The notes below the pieces were generated by a model that was given only the letters and a program-made list of their open reading frames with translations, was not told the origin of the DNA and ran no database searches. 64,000 bases of DNA from an uncultured Planctomycetaceae bacterium. Its GTDB lineage: Bacteria; Planctomycetota; Planctomycetia; Planctomycetales; Planctomycetaceae. Every line of letters starts with the position of its first letter. Position 1 is the first letter of the stretch. The DNA lies in contig CAWFAK010000005.1 in the NCBI GenBank assembly GCA_963813715.1, positions 512,001 to 576,000 on the forward strand. The letters are read 5' to 3'. Below are positions 22,577 to 32,570 of the stretch, in pieces. A program made the translations under genes and the position numbers.

Positions 22577-22948
22577 CTAGGCTCGTTCCAGGAAGATCAA
22601 GAGACCAGCCTGAAACAGCATCAGGGCCGACGCCACCGGGTAAGCGAGCCGCGGCGACCGGCGGTAAAGCACGGCGAGCGCGGCCAACACCAGGGCCGTT
22701 CCTGCCGCTTTGATCGTCAGAAACAGGGCCGGATTACCGTGATCGCACTGAATCAAGAAGAGTCCCACCGGGTTCTTCTCAAAGTGAACGATTTCGTCCC
22801 CGGTGCGAACCACGAGGTAGCCGTCATACACCGAAACGGCCCCCACGAACAACAGGACACCGGCGAAAACGAGCGAACCGAGTGTGAGCCGCGGCAGTTT
22901 GGATCCGCGAGCGGCAAACGCATCGGCGGTAATTGTGGCGGTGCACAT
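22577..22948 (-). CDS. Small membrane protein (DUF5658-like)
   Basis: Three TM segments, D...E.NP motif and a conserved-looking Lys in TM2. Confidence 0.6.
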   Translation of the reverse strand: MCTATITADAFAARGSKLPRLTLGSLVFAGVLLFVGAVSVYDGYLVVRTGDEIVHFEKNPVGLFLIQCDHGNPALFLTIKAAGTALVLAALAVLYRRSPRLAYPVASALMLFQAGLLIFLERA

Positions 22949-23350
22949 GGTTGGTTCCCCCTTTCACAGATGTCGTCTGAATCTGTCTCCGGTTATTGCG
23001 AGCCTCTAAGCTTCTGAGCGTAAAACGCGGTCAGGGCGTTACAGGTTCATTTCCCAAAACGTCTCAACTGGCCGGAAACGGAACGATCGATTCCAAATCA
23101 TTACGCAGTGCGAAGTTCGCCCCGGTGTCCGCCTCATGCTCCGGAAATGAGATACGGGAGTTGCGCCGACCGCAGACGGCCTGACGCGTCGGGCAAGTTG
23201 AAGAGTTGATCTCTTACGGGAAGAACAGCGTTGAGAAAGAGGCCGCTCATGACTTCTGCGGGATCATCCGCCGCGAAGTCGGGACATCGTGCGCAAAAGA
23301 CGCGCTCGGCATTCTCTGGCCGAGCGCGTCTGAGCGACTGAAGGTCTTGA

Positions 23351-24107
23351 CTACTTCACTTCCAGCAGCTCGATCTCGAAGATCAGCGTGGCATTGGGGC
23401 CGATCGGTTCCGGGCCGCGGGCGCCGTAGGCCAGGTCGGCCGGAATGTAGACCCGCCACTTCGAGCCTTCCTTCATCTTTTGCACCGACTCGGTCCAGCC
23501 GGGGATCACCTGGTCCAACCGGAAGGTGGCCGGCTCGCCTCGGTTGACCGAGCTGTCGAACACGGTGCCGTCGATCAGCGTCCCGTGGTAGTGCACTTTG
23601 ACTTCGTCGGTCGCCTTCGGCTGCTTGCCGGTTCCCTCTTTCAACACGACGTACTGAATGCCGCTCGGCAGCGTTGTGACGCCGGGCTTGGTTCTTGTTT
23701 GCGGCCAGAAAGGCTTCGCCTGCCTTCTTGTTCTTTTCGGCGACGCTGTTGGCGGCTTTCATCGAACGGGCTCCCAGCTCGGTTTGAAACGCGTGAAACG
23801 CACGCTCGCGCTCGGCATCGGTCAGGCTCTTCCCCTTGCCGCTGAATCCCTCCTGCAGTCCGAGGAACAAGGCGTCCAGATCGATCGCGTCGGCGCCGAC
23901 CTGGCGATGCATGTTGGAGGCAATCTTGTAGCCCAGGGCGTAGCTGCCCTTCTGTCGATCGGTCTTCAGTTCAGCCTTGCCCGCGGGAGGCGTGTCGTCA
24001 GCGGCCACGACTGTCGATTCGAGTGACGATGTCGACGGCAGAACCGTCCAAACCAGCGCGCCAACGGCGGACACACCAAGCAAAGCGAGGGAAATGCGAC
24101 GACCCAT
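23351..24107 (-). CDS. FKBP-type peptidyl-prolyl cis-trans isomerase (FkpA/Mip-like), frameshift ~23690
   Basis: SYALG N-terminal domain; VHYHGTLIDGTVFDSS, VIPGW, LAYG.RG..IGPNATLIFEIELL. Confidence 0.92.
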
Positions 24108-24457
24108 CGAATCAGCCTTTCAGGAAGCAATGCGTCTTCGGGGCGGGCTTGCCGCGGGTCCGCGATTTAGCTCTAACGCAGCTAGCGGCAAAAGGCGGCC
24201 CGACCGCAGGACGGCGGGGGGCGGGTGAAGGAACGACCGTTCGGTCGACAGGGAGCGAACGGGTCATTTAAACATATGCGGTGGCCGAGCCGTCTGGCAA
24301 GGCGTGACGGCCGGTTGACCGCTCTCAGCTACCGTTGTGGTGTTCGGCTGGCCGGGCTTAGGGTGGTTAACACATTTCCGCCCGAGATGCCGGTTTTTCT
24401 CGGGACGGCCGCGGTCACGGCTGAGGCCCGATCGAAGCTCTCGAAGTGAGGCGAGCC

Positions 24458-26478
24458 ATGCGGCGACGAACGATCGAGATTTTTCTCGCAGCGTGCGGAG
24501 CCCTGACCGTTTGGCTGGCGGTCCCGCCGCACCATAGGGCCGAGCCCAGCCACCAAACCAGTGAGGTCAAGCGGGTGGCCGACGCGCTCGATCGGCACCT
24601 GTTCGAGACGATCATTCCGCTGCAGGAAGTGACCGACTTCGTTTGGAGCCATTGTCCGCCGATGCCCGAGGTCCGCTCGGTCGCCGAGTGGGAGCGGTAT
24701 GCCGCGCGAGCCCGCAGCCAGGCGCTCGAGCGGGCCGTCTTTCGCGGCGAGGCAGCCCGCTGGCGCGTCTGCCGACGCGGCCCGTCTGGGGCGAGACGAT
24801 TGCCGGCGGCCCCGGCTACACAATCAAGAAGCTGCGTTACGAAGCGGTCCCCGGCCTGTGGATCCCCGCGCTCCTGTACGAGCCGACGGTCTTCAAGGAA
24901 CAAAAAGTCCCGGTGTCGTTGGCGGTCAACGGACACGAACCCCTCGGCAAGTTTGTCGACTACAAACAGCTCCGCTGCATCAACCAGGCCAAGCGGGGCA
25001 TGATCGTCCTCAACATGGAATACCTGGGGATGGGCGAACTGAAGATCCCCGACTTCGACCACGGACGGATGAACCAGATCGATCTGTGCGGCACGAGCGG
25101 GGTGTCGACTTTCTATCTGGCGATGTCCCGCGGTCTCGACATCTTGCTCGCACACGAACATGCCGACCCGTCGCGCGTCGCCGTGCAGGGGCTGTCCGGC
25201 GGCGGCTGGCAGACAATCACGATCAGCGCGTTCGACACGCGGGTCACGCTCACGAATCCGGTGGCCGGCTATTCGGCGCTCACGACGCGCGTGCATTACG
25301 GGCCCGACCTGGGCGACTCGGAGCAAAATGCGGTCGATCTGGCCGCCGTCGTCGACTACACGCAGATGACGGCCCTACTCGCGCCGCGGGCCGCACTGTT
25401 GACCTTCAACTTCAAGGACAACTGCTGCTTCAAGGCCGATCACGCGCTGCCCCCGCTGCTCGGAGCGGCCGAGCCGATTTATCAGCTCTATGGCAAGCCC
25501 GAGCGACTGCGCACGCACGTCAATCACGATCCCGGCAATCACAACTACGGGCTCGACAACCGGCAACAGTTCTACCGCCTGCTGAAAGATTTCTTCTTCG
25601 CGGACCGGACGGACATCGACGCCACCGAGATTCCGTCCGAAAAGGAACTGAAAACGCCCGACCAGCTGAAGGTCGGGCTGCCGGCTGACAACTTGAATTT
25701 CAACTCGCTCGCGCGAAAGCTGGCGGCCGGACTTCCACGCGATGCGGCAGTCCCCACACAGCCGGCCGAACTCGCCCGCTGGCAGGAGCGCAAGCGGGCT
25801 CTACTCCGCGAAACAGTTCACGCGCACGACTGGGACCTGGCGGCCGCGGCGGTTGACGCGGAACGAATCGGCCCGTGGAGCGAGACCGGTTACTGGCTGC
25901 GGATCGGCGGCTTGTGGACCGTGCCGGCCGTCGAACTCGCGCCGGAAAAGCCGCGGGGAACCGCCATTGTGCTAGCCGACGGCGGGCGTGTGAAAGCCGC
26001 CGACGAGGTGACCGGACTGCTCAAAGAGGGACAGCGGGTGCTGGCGGTCGACCTGTTTTCTTTCGGCGAGTCGAAGATTCGGCTGCACCCCGATTTGTAC
26101 GCGATTGCCGTCTCAAGCATCGGCGAGCGGCCGCTGGGGATCGAAGCCAGCCAACTGGCGGCCGTCGCGCGGTGGTTGCACAAGAAGTACGGGGCGCCGC
26201 TCCGCGTAGTCTCAGTGGGGCCGCGGAGCAGTCTGATCGCGACGGTGGCCGCCGCCCTCGATGCGGCGCCAATCGATAGGGCGGCGATCGACGAGCTGAA
26301 TTTGCATTCGCCGCTCAAGAGTCTGAAAGACGTGATCGACAACAATATGAAGATCGATCAGGCCCCCGAGCTGTTTTGCTTCGGGCTACTTGAGCGATTC
26401 GATTTGCCGCAGCTTTACGCGCTGGTGGCCCCGCGCCCGATCCGCGGGGAGAGCACGCCGGTCTCTGCCGGCCGCTAG
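24458..26478 (+). CDS. Exported alpha/beta hydrolase (acetylxylan esterase-like), frameshift ~24770
   Basis: Nucleophile elbow GLSGGG, NGH motif, APR, HNY; two-domain layout. Confidence 0.75.
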
Positions 26479-26730
26479 GCAGACTCTGGCTGCAACAATC
26501 GATATTGGAACTACTGGCTCAATCGTCTCCAGCGCAAGGTTCAATCAGTTTCGACCCTCGCCGCGCACCACTCACCCGGCGGTCGCACACCTTGTGAGGT
26601 CACAGGGGATGTGCCATACTTTGAGCCGGGCTTGGCTCCAAGGCGGCAGCGAGCGGACTCTCTTCGCGTCAAGCCATTGTCCCACCTGAACTTACGCATC
26701 TAAACTTACGGAGTCGGGCCGATCCCTGCG

Positions 26731-27978
26731 ATGAAGTTGCAGACCATCGAAACTCGGACGCTCCCCAATGGTCTGACGCTGATCATCGAACCGATGGAGG
26801 ACGTGCAGTCGGCCTCCGTCTCGTTTCTCGTGCCGGCCGGCAGCGTCTACGATCCCGCCGGTCAAAATGGCTCGGCTTCGGTGCTCTGCGAACTGATCCC
26901 CCGCGGCGCCGGCGATCGCGACAGCAAGCAGCTCTCGGCCGCCCTCGACAACCTGGGCGTGCAGCACAGCGAGAGCGTGGGCACCATCCACCTCACGTTC
27001 ACCGGCGCGACGCTGGCCGAGAACCTGCCGCAGGCGCTGCAGCTGTACGCCGACCTCATCTTGCGCCCGTGGCTGCCCGAGGACCAATTCGAGGCGTCTC
27101 GCGCGGGGGTCGAGCAGTCGCTGATGGCGATCGAAGACGAGCCGCGGCAGAAGATCATGGTCGAGCTGCGTCGGCACGCGTTCGACGCGCCGTGGGGCCT
27201 GCCATCGGAAGGGTCGCTCGCCGATTTGCCCGCACTCTCGCCGGAGTCGATCGCCGCTCACTACCGCCGCTGCTTCCGCCCCGACGAATCGATCTTCGGC
27301 ATCGCGGGGAACGTCAACATCGACGAAGTCTCGGACCTGATCGGCGATCTGTTCGGCAACTGGAAGCCGCTCCCGGCTCCGACCTTTGAGACCGCGCCGG
27401 CCGGAGCGAAGCGGCATCACATTTCGCACGACTCGACGCAGACACACATCGGCATCGCCTACGACTCGGTCCCTTATCGCGATCCGGAGTATTACGCGGC
27501 GTGGGCGGCCGTCAGCGTGCTTTCCGGCGGGATGAGCTCGCGGCTCTTCACCGAGGTCCGCGAGCGGCGGGGGCTCTGCTACTCGGTGCACGCCAGCCTT
27601 GCCAGCCTGCGCGAGGAGGCCCGCGTCCTCTGCTACGCCGGCACCACGGCCGAACGCGCGCAGGAAACGCTCGACGTCACGGTGAGCGAACTTAAGAAAC
27701 TCGGCAAGGGAATCGGCGAGGACGAGCTGGCCCGGTGCAAGGCGCGAGCAAAGAGCGCGCTCGTCATGCAGCAGGAATCGACGGTCGCCCGCTCGTCGTC
27801 GATCGCCCGCGACTGGTATCACTTGAACCGCGTGACGACGCTGGCCGAGGTCCGCGAAAAGATCGACGCCCTCTCGGTCCGCGACGTGCTCGACTGTGTC
27901 CACGCGCATCCGGCCGATGATTTCACGATTCTCACGATCGGGCCCAAGGCACTGGAGGATCCGCGTGAAGTTTCATGA
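26731..27978 (+). CDS. M16 family peptidase, non-catalytic subunit
   Basis: M16 fold without [26 protein letters not shown]. Confidence 0.88.
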   Translation: MKLQTIETRTLPNGLTLIIEPMEDVQSASVSFLVPAGSVYDPAGQNGSASVLCELIPRGAGDRDSKQLSAALDNLGVQHSESVGTIHLTFTGATLAENLPQALQLYADLILRPWLPEDQFEASRAGVEQSLMAIEDEPRQKIMVELRRHAFDAPWGLPSEGSLADLPALSPESIAAHYRRCFRPDESIFGIAGNVNIDEVSDLIGDLFGNWKPLPAPTFETAPAGAKRHHISHDSTQTHIGIAYDSVPYRDPEYYAAWAAVSVLSGGMSSRLFTEVRERRGLCYSVHASLASLREEARVLCYAGTTAERAQETLDVTVSELKKLGKGIGEDELARCKARAKSALVMQQESTVARSSSIARDWYHLNRVTTLAEVREKIDALSVRDVLDCVHAHPADDFTILTIGPKALEDPREVS

Positions 27979-29192
27979 GGCCACCCTCGACAACGGCCTG
28001 ACCGTCATCGCCGAGTTGAATCCCAGCGTCCACTCGGTGGCGGCCGGATTCTTCGTGCGGACCGGGGCCCGCGACGAGTCGATGGACGTCAACGGCGTCA
28101 GCCACTTTCTCGAGCACATGGCCTTCAAAGGGAACGAAAAGCATTCGGCCGACGACGTCAACCGCATCTTCGACGAGCTCGGCGCCCGCTACAACGCGTC
28201 GACCAGTGAAGAAGTCACGCTGTTCTACGCGGCCGTGCTGCCCGAGTATCTGGCCGATGCGTTCGAGGTCCTCTCCGGCCTGATGCGCCCGTCGCTCCGC
28301 GACGCGGATTTCGAGGTCGAGCGGAAAGTGATCCTCGAAGAAATCGGCATGTACGAGGACCAGCCCTCGTTCATCGCTTACGAAAACGCGATGAAGACGC
28401 ATTTCGACGGGCATCCGCTGGGACAGAGCATCCTGGGCTCGTCCGACAGCATTTCCCATCTCAAGCGCGACGAGATGGCCGACTACCACCGCGAGCATTA
28501 CCGCGCGGGCAACATCACGGTCGCCGTCGCCGGCAACACCGATTGGAACGACGTGCTGCGGTTGGCCAACCAGTGGTGCGGAAAATGGGAGGCCGGCAGC
28601 ACGCCGCGAAAAACGGACGAAGCCCGCGCCAAAGGTGGAAAGACGCTGACGACCAAGGAAGCGTTCACGCAGCAGCACGTGATGCAGATGTCACCCGCTC
28701 CCTCGGCCACAAGCCCTCTGCGGATGGCCGCCGAGCTGATGTCGGTGGTTGTGGGCGACGACTCGGGCAGCCGGCTCTATTGGGACCTGGTCGACACGGG
28801 CCTCGCCGAGTCGGCCGATCTCTCCTACAACGAGTACGACGGCACGGGCGCGTACCTCACCTACGTCTGCTCGACCCCCGAATCCGCCGGCGACAATTTA
28901 GCAACGCGTCCACGACATCTACGCCGACGTCAACGCCAAGGGCGTCACCGAAGAGGAACTGGAGCAGGCCCGCAACAAGGCCGCCTCGCGAATCGTGCTC
29001 CGCAGCGAGCGACCCATGGGCCGCTTGTCATCGCTGGGCTCCAATTGGGTCTACCGGAACGAATACCGCTCCGTGCAGGACGACCTCACCGCCTACCGCG
29101 CCATCACCACCGACGACGTCAAAGCGGTCCTCAAAAAGTACCCGCTGGGCCAACTCTCGACCGCCACGGTCGGACCGCTCAAGTCGCTGTAA
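27965..29192 (+). CDS. M16 family zinc peptidase, catalytic subunit (frameshift ~28905)
   Basis: [13 protein letters not shown] (HXXEH), NASTS.E.T, E..VILEEI.MYED; C-terminus continues in ORF 28995-29192. Confidence 0.9.
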
Positions 29193-29302
29193 CAGCGATC
29201 GTCTTCGTAGCCTTCGTAGGGTAGGCCCAGACCCGCCAACTTCTCCGGCACCAATCTTCTCTTTGGCGACTTGGCGTCCGCGCAAATCCCGGCCCGCCCT
29301 GT

Positions 29303-29737
29303 TTAGTGATCCAACACGCCGGCGAGCGAACTGAGGATGCCGCCCCAACCCTCGGTGGTGCGGTCGAGCCACTCGGGCAGCACGCCTTCGTGGGTCAGCG
29401 TCAGCTCGCATCCCTTCGACAGGGCTTTGAAGTCGAGGCTCACACGGGTCGCTTCTGTGGAGAATTTGGGCACTGCGAATGTGAAGACCAGGCGACGCGG
29501 GCGATCGAGTTCCAGATAAGTTCCGACGTGCTCGATGTCGTCGTTGCCTTCCCGCCGCGTGATGACGAACGATCCGCCGACCCGGGCGTCGATCTCCACG
29601 CGGACGATCTGACCCGTCGGAGTGGCGAACAGCCAGGTTCCCGCTTTTTGGGGATCGAGCCAGGCGTCGAAGACGCGCTCGATCGAGGCGTCGAAGCGGC
29701 GGGTCACACGCGCAGTGCGGTCGGGATCGAAGGTCAT
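29303..29737 (-). CDS. SRPBCC / AHSA1 domain protein
   Basis: TRRFDA..ERVFDAWLDP, IDARVGG.F, G.YLELDRPRRLVFT, GW..IL. Confidence 0.9.
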   Translation of the reverse strand: MTFDPDRTARVTRRFDASIERVFDAWLDPQKAGTWLFATPTGQIVRVEIDARVGGSFVITRREGNDDIEHVGTYLELDRPRRLVFTFAVPKFSTEATRVSLDFKALSKGCELTLTHEGVLPEWLDRTTEGWGGILSSLAGVLDH

Positions 29738-30162
29738 CGCGAGGCTCCTCTCTTGGATGGGCGGGTGGGTTGCGGGGAGCGCTTCCGATCGGGCTTCCGC
29801 GCGGCGGCAGCGTCCTCGGCCTTGAGCAAGTCGTCGAGCGCATCGAGCTGGGCAGACCAGAAGGCGCGGGTCTTCTCGACCCAGGCCCCAATCTCCTCGA
29901 GCGGCGCCGGGTTGAACGAGACAAGATGCTCGCGCCAAACCCGCCGGCGGCGGACGAGTCGGGCCCGCTCCAGCACGCGAATGTGCTTGGAGACCGCCGG
30001 CAGCGACATGGCAAACGGTTCCGCCAGTTCTGTGACGCGCGTCTCCCGCCGCATCACCCGCTCGAGAATCGCCCGCCGTGCGGGGTGCGCGAGCGCCGAC
30101 ATGGCGAGATCTAGGGCTGTGTTCCCGGAGCCACGGCCCGGCGACTGATCATTTAACTTCAT
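29734..30162 (-). CDS. ArsR/SmtB family transcriptional regulator
   Basis: ALAHP.RR.IL, VTELAEPF.MSLPAVSKH.RVLE.A.LV; overlaps the SRPBCC gene start. Confidence 0.9.
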   Translation of the reverse strand: MKLNDQSPGRGSGNTALDLAMSALAHPARRAILERVMRRETRVTELAEPFAMSLPAVSKHIRVLERARLVRRRRVWREHLVSFNPAPLEEIGAWVEKTRAFWSAQLDALDDLLKAEDAAAARKPDRKRSPQPTRPSKRGASR

Positions 30163-30308
30163 GGTTTAATGATACGCGGCGCGTGAGACTTCGTCAAGCG
30201 TGGCGCCGAACCCAAGGGCAGGCTCCGCGAGAGCCAAAGTCGCCTAGCCTTGCTGCCGCAAAACTGCAAAGATTCCCGCCCTAAAACCGTCCGCATGCGG
30301 AGCGAACC

Positions 30309-31223
30309 ATGGCCCGGATCACGCTGAATAATTATCGGACCGGAACGGCCGCGAGCGACGAGCAGTGCCGCGCGCTCGAGTGCGGCGACATCCTCTACTT
30401 TCCTCAGATTCCGTTCGCCTTTCCGATCGAGGATCAACAATTCCTGCTCGGACAGAAGCAAACCGCGGGCAGCCTGCACAAAAATGTGAGCTACCGTCCC
30501 GTGCAAGATCGCCTCACGGGCATCGATCAGCGCGACGAAGCGCAGCGGAATCGAGTACACGCGGTGATGCAGGCCTTCTCAAAGCAGGCAGTCTCCTTCC
30601 TGGCAGCCTTCTTTCCGTCGTACGCCACGTCGTGGAAGGTCGACTTCGCCAGCTACCGGCCGCTCGAGGAACAGGGGCGCGACGTTTCGCAGCGCTCGCG
30701 CAACGATTTGATTCACGTCGACAATTTTCCGTCGCGGCCGTCGAACGGCGACCGATTGCTCCGCGTGTTCGCCAACATCAATCCGGAACGTCCTCGCGTG
30801 TGGGTCACCAGCGACGCTTTCGAGGCCCTGGCCCGCCGCTATGCCAAGGAGGCCGGACTCCCTGTGCAGCCCGGCGTGATCGACCGCCTCCGCGGCGTCG
30901 CCATCGATGCGCTGGCCCGTGCGGGGCTGCCCGTCGTCAATCGCCCGCCGTACGACCGCTTCATGCTGCGATTCCACCACTTCCTCAAAGAGAACGCGGA
31001 GTTTCAGCGGCTCTGCCGCAAGGACCGCTGGGAGTTTCCGTCGGGATCGTCGTGGATCGTCTTTACCGACACCACGAGTCACGCCTGCATCAGCGGGCAA
31101 TACGCGCTCGAGCAGACGGTGATTGTCCGACATGAGAGCCTGGTTTATCCGGAGAAGGCGCCGATCACCGTGCTGGGCGAACTGGCGGGTTTTCCGCTAC
31201 GGGCACACGCGAAAGCGGCGTGA
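30309..31223 (+). CDS. Kdo hydroxylase family protein (KdoO-like)
   Basis: LE.G.ILYFP, HKNVSY, SYRP, HVD.FPSRP..G.RLLRVFANINP, YD.FML.FH..LK, H...SGQYALEQT. Confidence 0.85.
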   Translation: MARITLNNYRTGTAASDEQCRALECGDILYFPQIPFAFPIEDQQFLLGQKQTAGSLHKNVSYRPVQDRLTGIDQRDEAQRNRVHAVMQAFSKQAVSFLAAFFPSYATSWKVDFASYRPLEEQGRDVSQRSRNDLIHVDNFPSRPSNGDRLLRVFANINPERPRVWVTSDAFEALARRYAKEAGLPVQPGVIDRLRGVAIDALARAGLPVVNRPPYDRFMLRFHHFLKENAEFQRLCRKDRWEFPSGSSWIVFTDTTSHACISGQYALEQTVIVRHESLVYPEKAPITVLGELAGFPLRAHAKAA

Positions 31224-31232
31224 GGGTGAGCT

Positions 31233-31322
31233 CGAATAACGAAAGAATGACCAAATGTTCAAATGACCGAGGGAGGAACCGAGCCGTCTTTACTTAGTGC
31301 TTCGTGCTTCTTTCGTCATTCG
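31233..31322. repeat. Imperfect inverted repeat of short AATGAC-type units between convergent genes
   Basis: CGAATAACGAAAGAA (31233-31247) pairs with TTCTTTCGTCATTCG (31308-31322). Confidence 0.5.
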
Positions 31323-31326
31323 TGCG

Positions 31327-31699
31327 TCACCCTGGCAGCGGTTCGACCCGCACCCCGAGCGGAAACGTCACGGGTTTCATCGCGTAGGTGTCGGGGCCGA
31401 AGCCTTTGATCTGATCTCGCTTGAGCTCCGCCAGCTCGAGCGCGCCGCTCCACACAAGTGCCTGGCCGGCGTGATGCACCTGCGACGTGAGAAGGAAAGC
31501 CTTCTGCAGGTCGTAGCCAAAGACCTTCTGCAAGACTTCGATCACGTACTCGAAGGTGTGGAGGTCATCGTTCTCGACGATGACGGCATAAGGCGGCTGC
31601 TTCTTCGGGCGAGTCTTCTCACGCTCGGTCTGGCGTTTTTTGAGTCTCGGGCTGTGGAGGCTCGAGGACGACTGTTCCGTCAGAATCCGGTTCGGTCAT
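31327..31699 (-). CDS. clpS: ATP-dependent Clp protease adaptor ClpS (frameshift in the T6 run at ~31636-31641)
   Basis: PKKQPPYAVIVENDDLHTFEYVIEVLQKVF...VH..G.A.VW.G..E.AE.K. Confidence 0.88.
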
Positions 31700-31794
31700 C
31701 GTGCTCTCCGTCTCATTGGAGCGAGAGGCGATCGGTCCGCTGGGCGGACAGCTCGCCACATCAAATCGTACCAGGGCCCGGTTATGCAGCCAGA

Positions 31795-31890
31795 TCAATT
31801 TGGTTCGTAGCCCAGGTTGGGCCCGAGCCAGCGTTCGACCTCGGCAATCGGCATGCCCTTGCGGGCGGCGTAGCTTTCGACCTGATCGCG
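31795..31890 (-). repeat. Diverged duplicate of the metH 3' end (last ~31 codons plus stop)
   Basis: Encodes [31 protein letters not shown], versus [31 protein letters not shown] at 32571-32666. Confidence 0.92.
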
Positions 31891-32053
31891 GCCAACCCTT
31901 GGCTGGCTTGGCCTTTTAACGGTGCTGTCGCCGCGCGACTTGATTAGCCCTTTGGCATTTTTGGGTAGTGGGACGAACGCTTCGATTATTGAGCGGAGTC
32001 GTTCCGGGTCGCGAGGTAGTTTCCCCATCTTGTGTTGATGACATCAGGGCGTG

Positions 32054-32467
32054 TCATCCGACTATGTGGCTAAGCCAGTGCGGGGGCAGGCTGTACCGCG
32101 TAACTCGGATAACCTTGAATGTGCTATCGAATGTGACGTCGATTCTGTCTCTCTCGCCAAACCCGCGGTATGAATATTCGTATTCGTGGGGTGGTTCCAT
32201 TCCCATCGTGTTGGTGGTAATCGGAGGTCCAAGCAAGGCACTGACCTCGGCTGGCGTCATTCCAATCTTTACGCTTGCCATTTTGCGGGCGTTGATCTCT
32301 TCGCCAGTGACGCTGCGCGTCGGATCCAAAACGTCAATAGGCATCCCGCCACGACGAGCGGTGTCAGGCATCCCACGGAGAGCAGCGTCCAGACCGCACG
32401 CCCCCACCGCTTCTTGTCCGGCTTGTCGGTCAACGGGCGATCCCTCAAGTTGGGTTGATGAAATCAA
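32054..32467 (-). CDS. Hypothetical protein with SmpA/OmlA (BamE)-like motif
   Basis: VKIGMTPAEVSALLGPP followed by Y.Y and V.FD; N-terminus uncertain. Confidence 0.5.
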   Translation of the reverse strand: MISSTQLEGSPVDRQAGQEAVGACGLDAALRGMPDTARRGGMPIDVLDPTRSVTGEEINARKMASVKIGMTPAEVSALLGPPITTNTMGMEPPHEYEYSYRGFGERDRIDVTFDSTFKVIRVTRYSLPPHWLSHIVG

Positions 32468-32570
32468 ACTATTCGGGTGGAACCAACGGGAAGTTGCGCC
32501 TGATCAGGCCGGATCGCCTTGACCCTCTCAAATAGCTCTTTGCCGGTCGGCAATTCGGCCCCCGGCCTTT

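Noticed and set aside
26692..27909. Long antisense ORFs opposite real genes (also 33223-34554, 36244-37350, 48345-49841, 57313-58722, 58826-60979)
   Set aside because: Shadow ORFs expected from high-GC codon bias on the opposite strand of well-supported genes.
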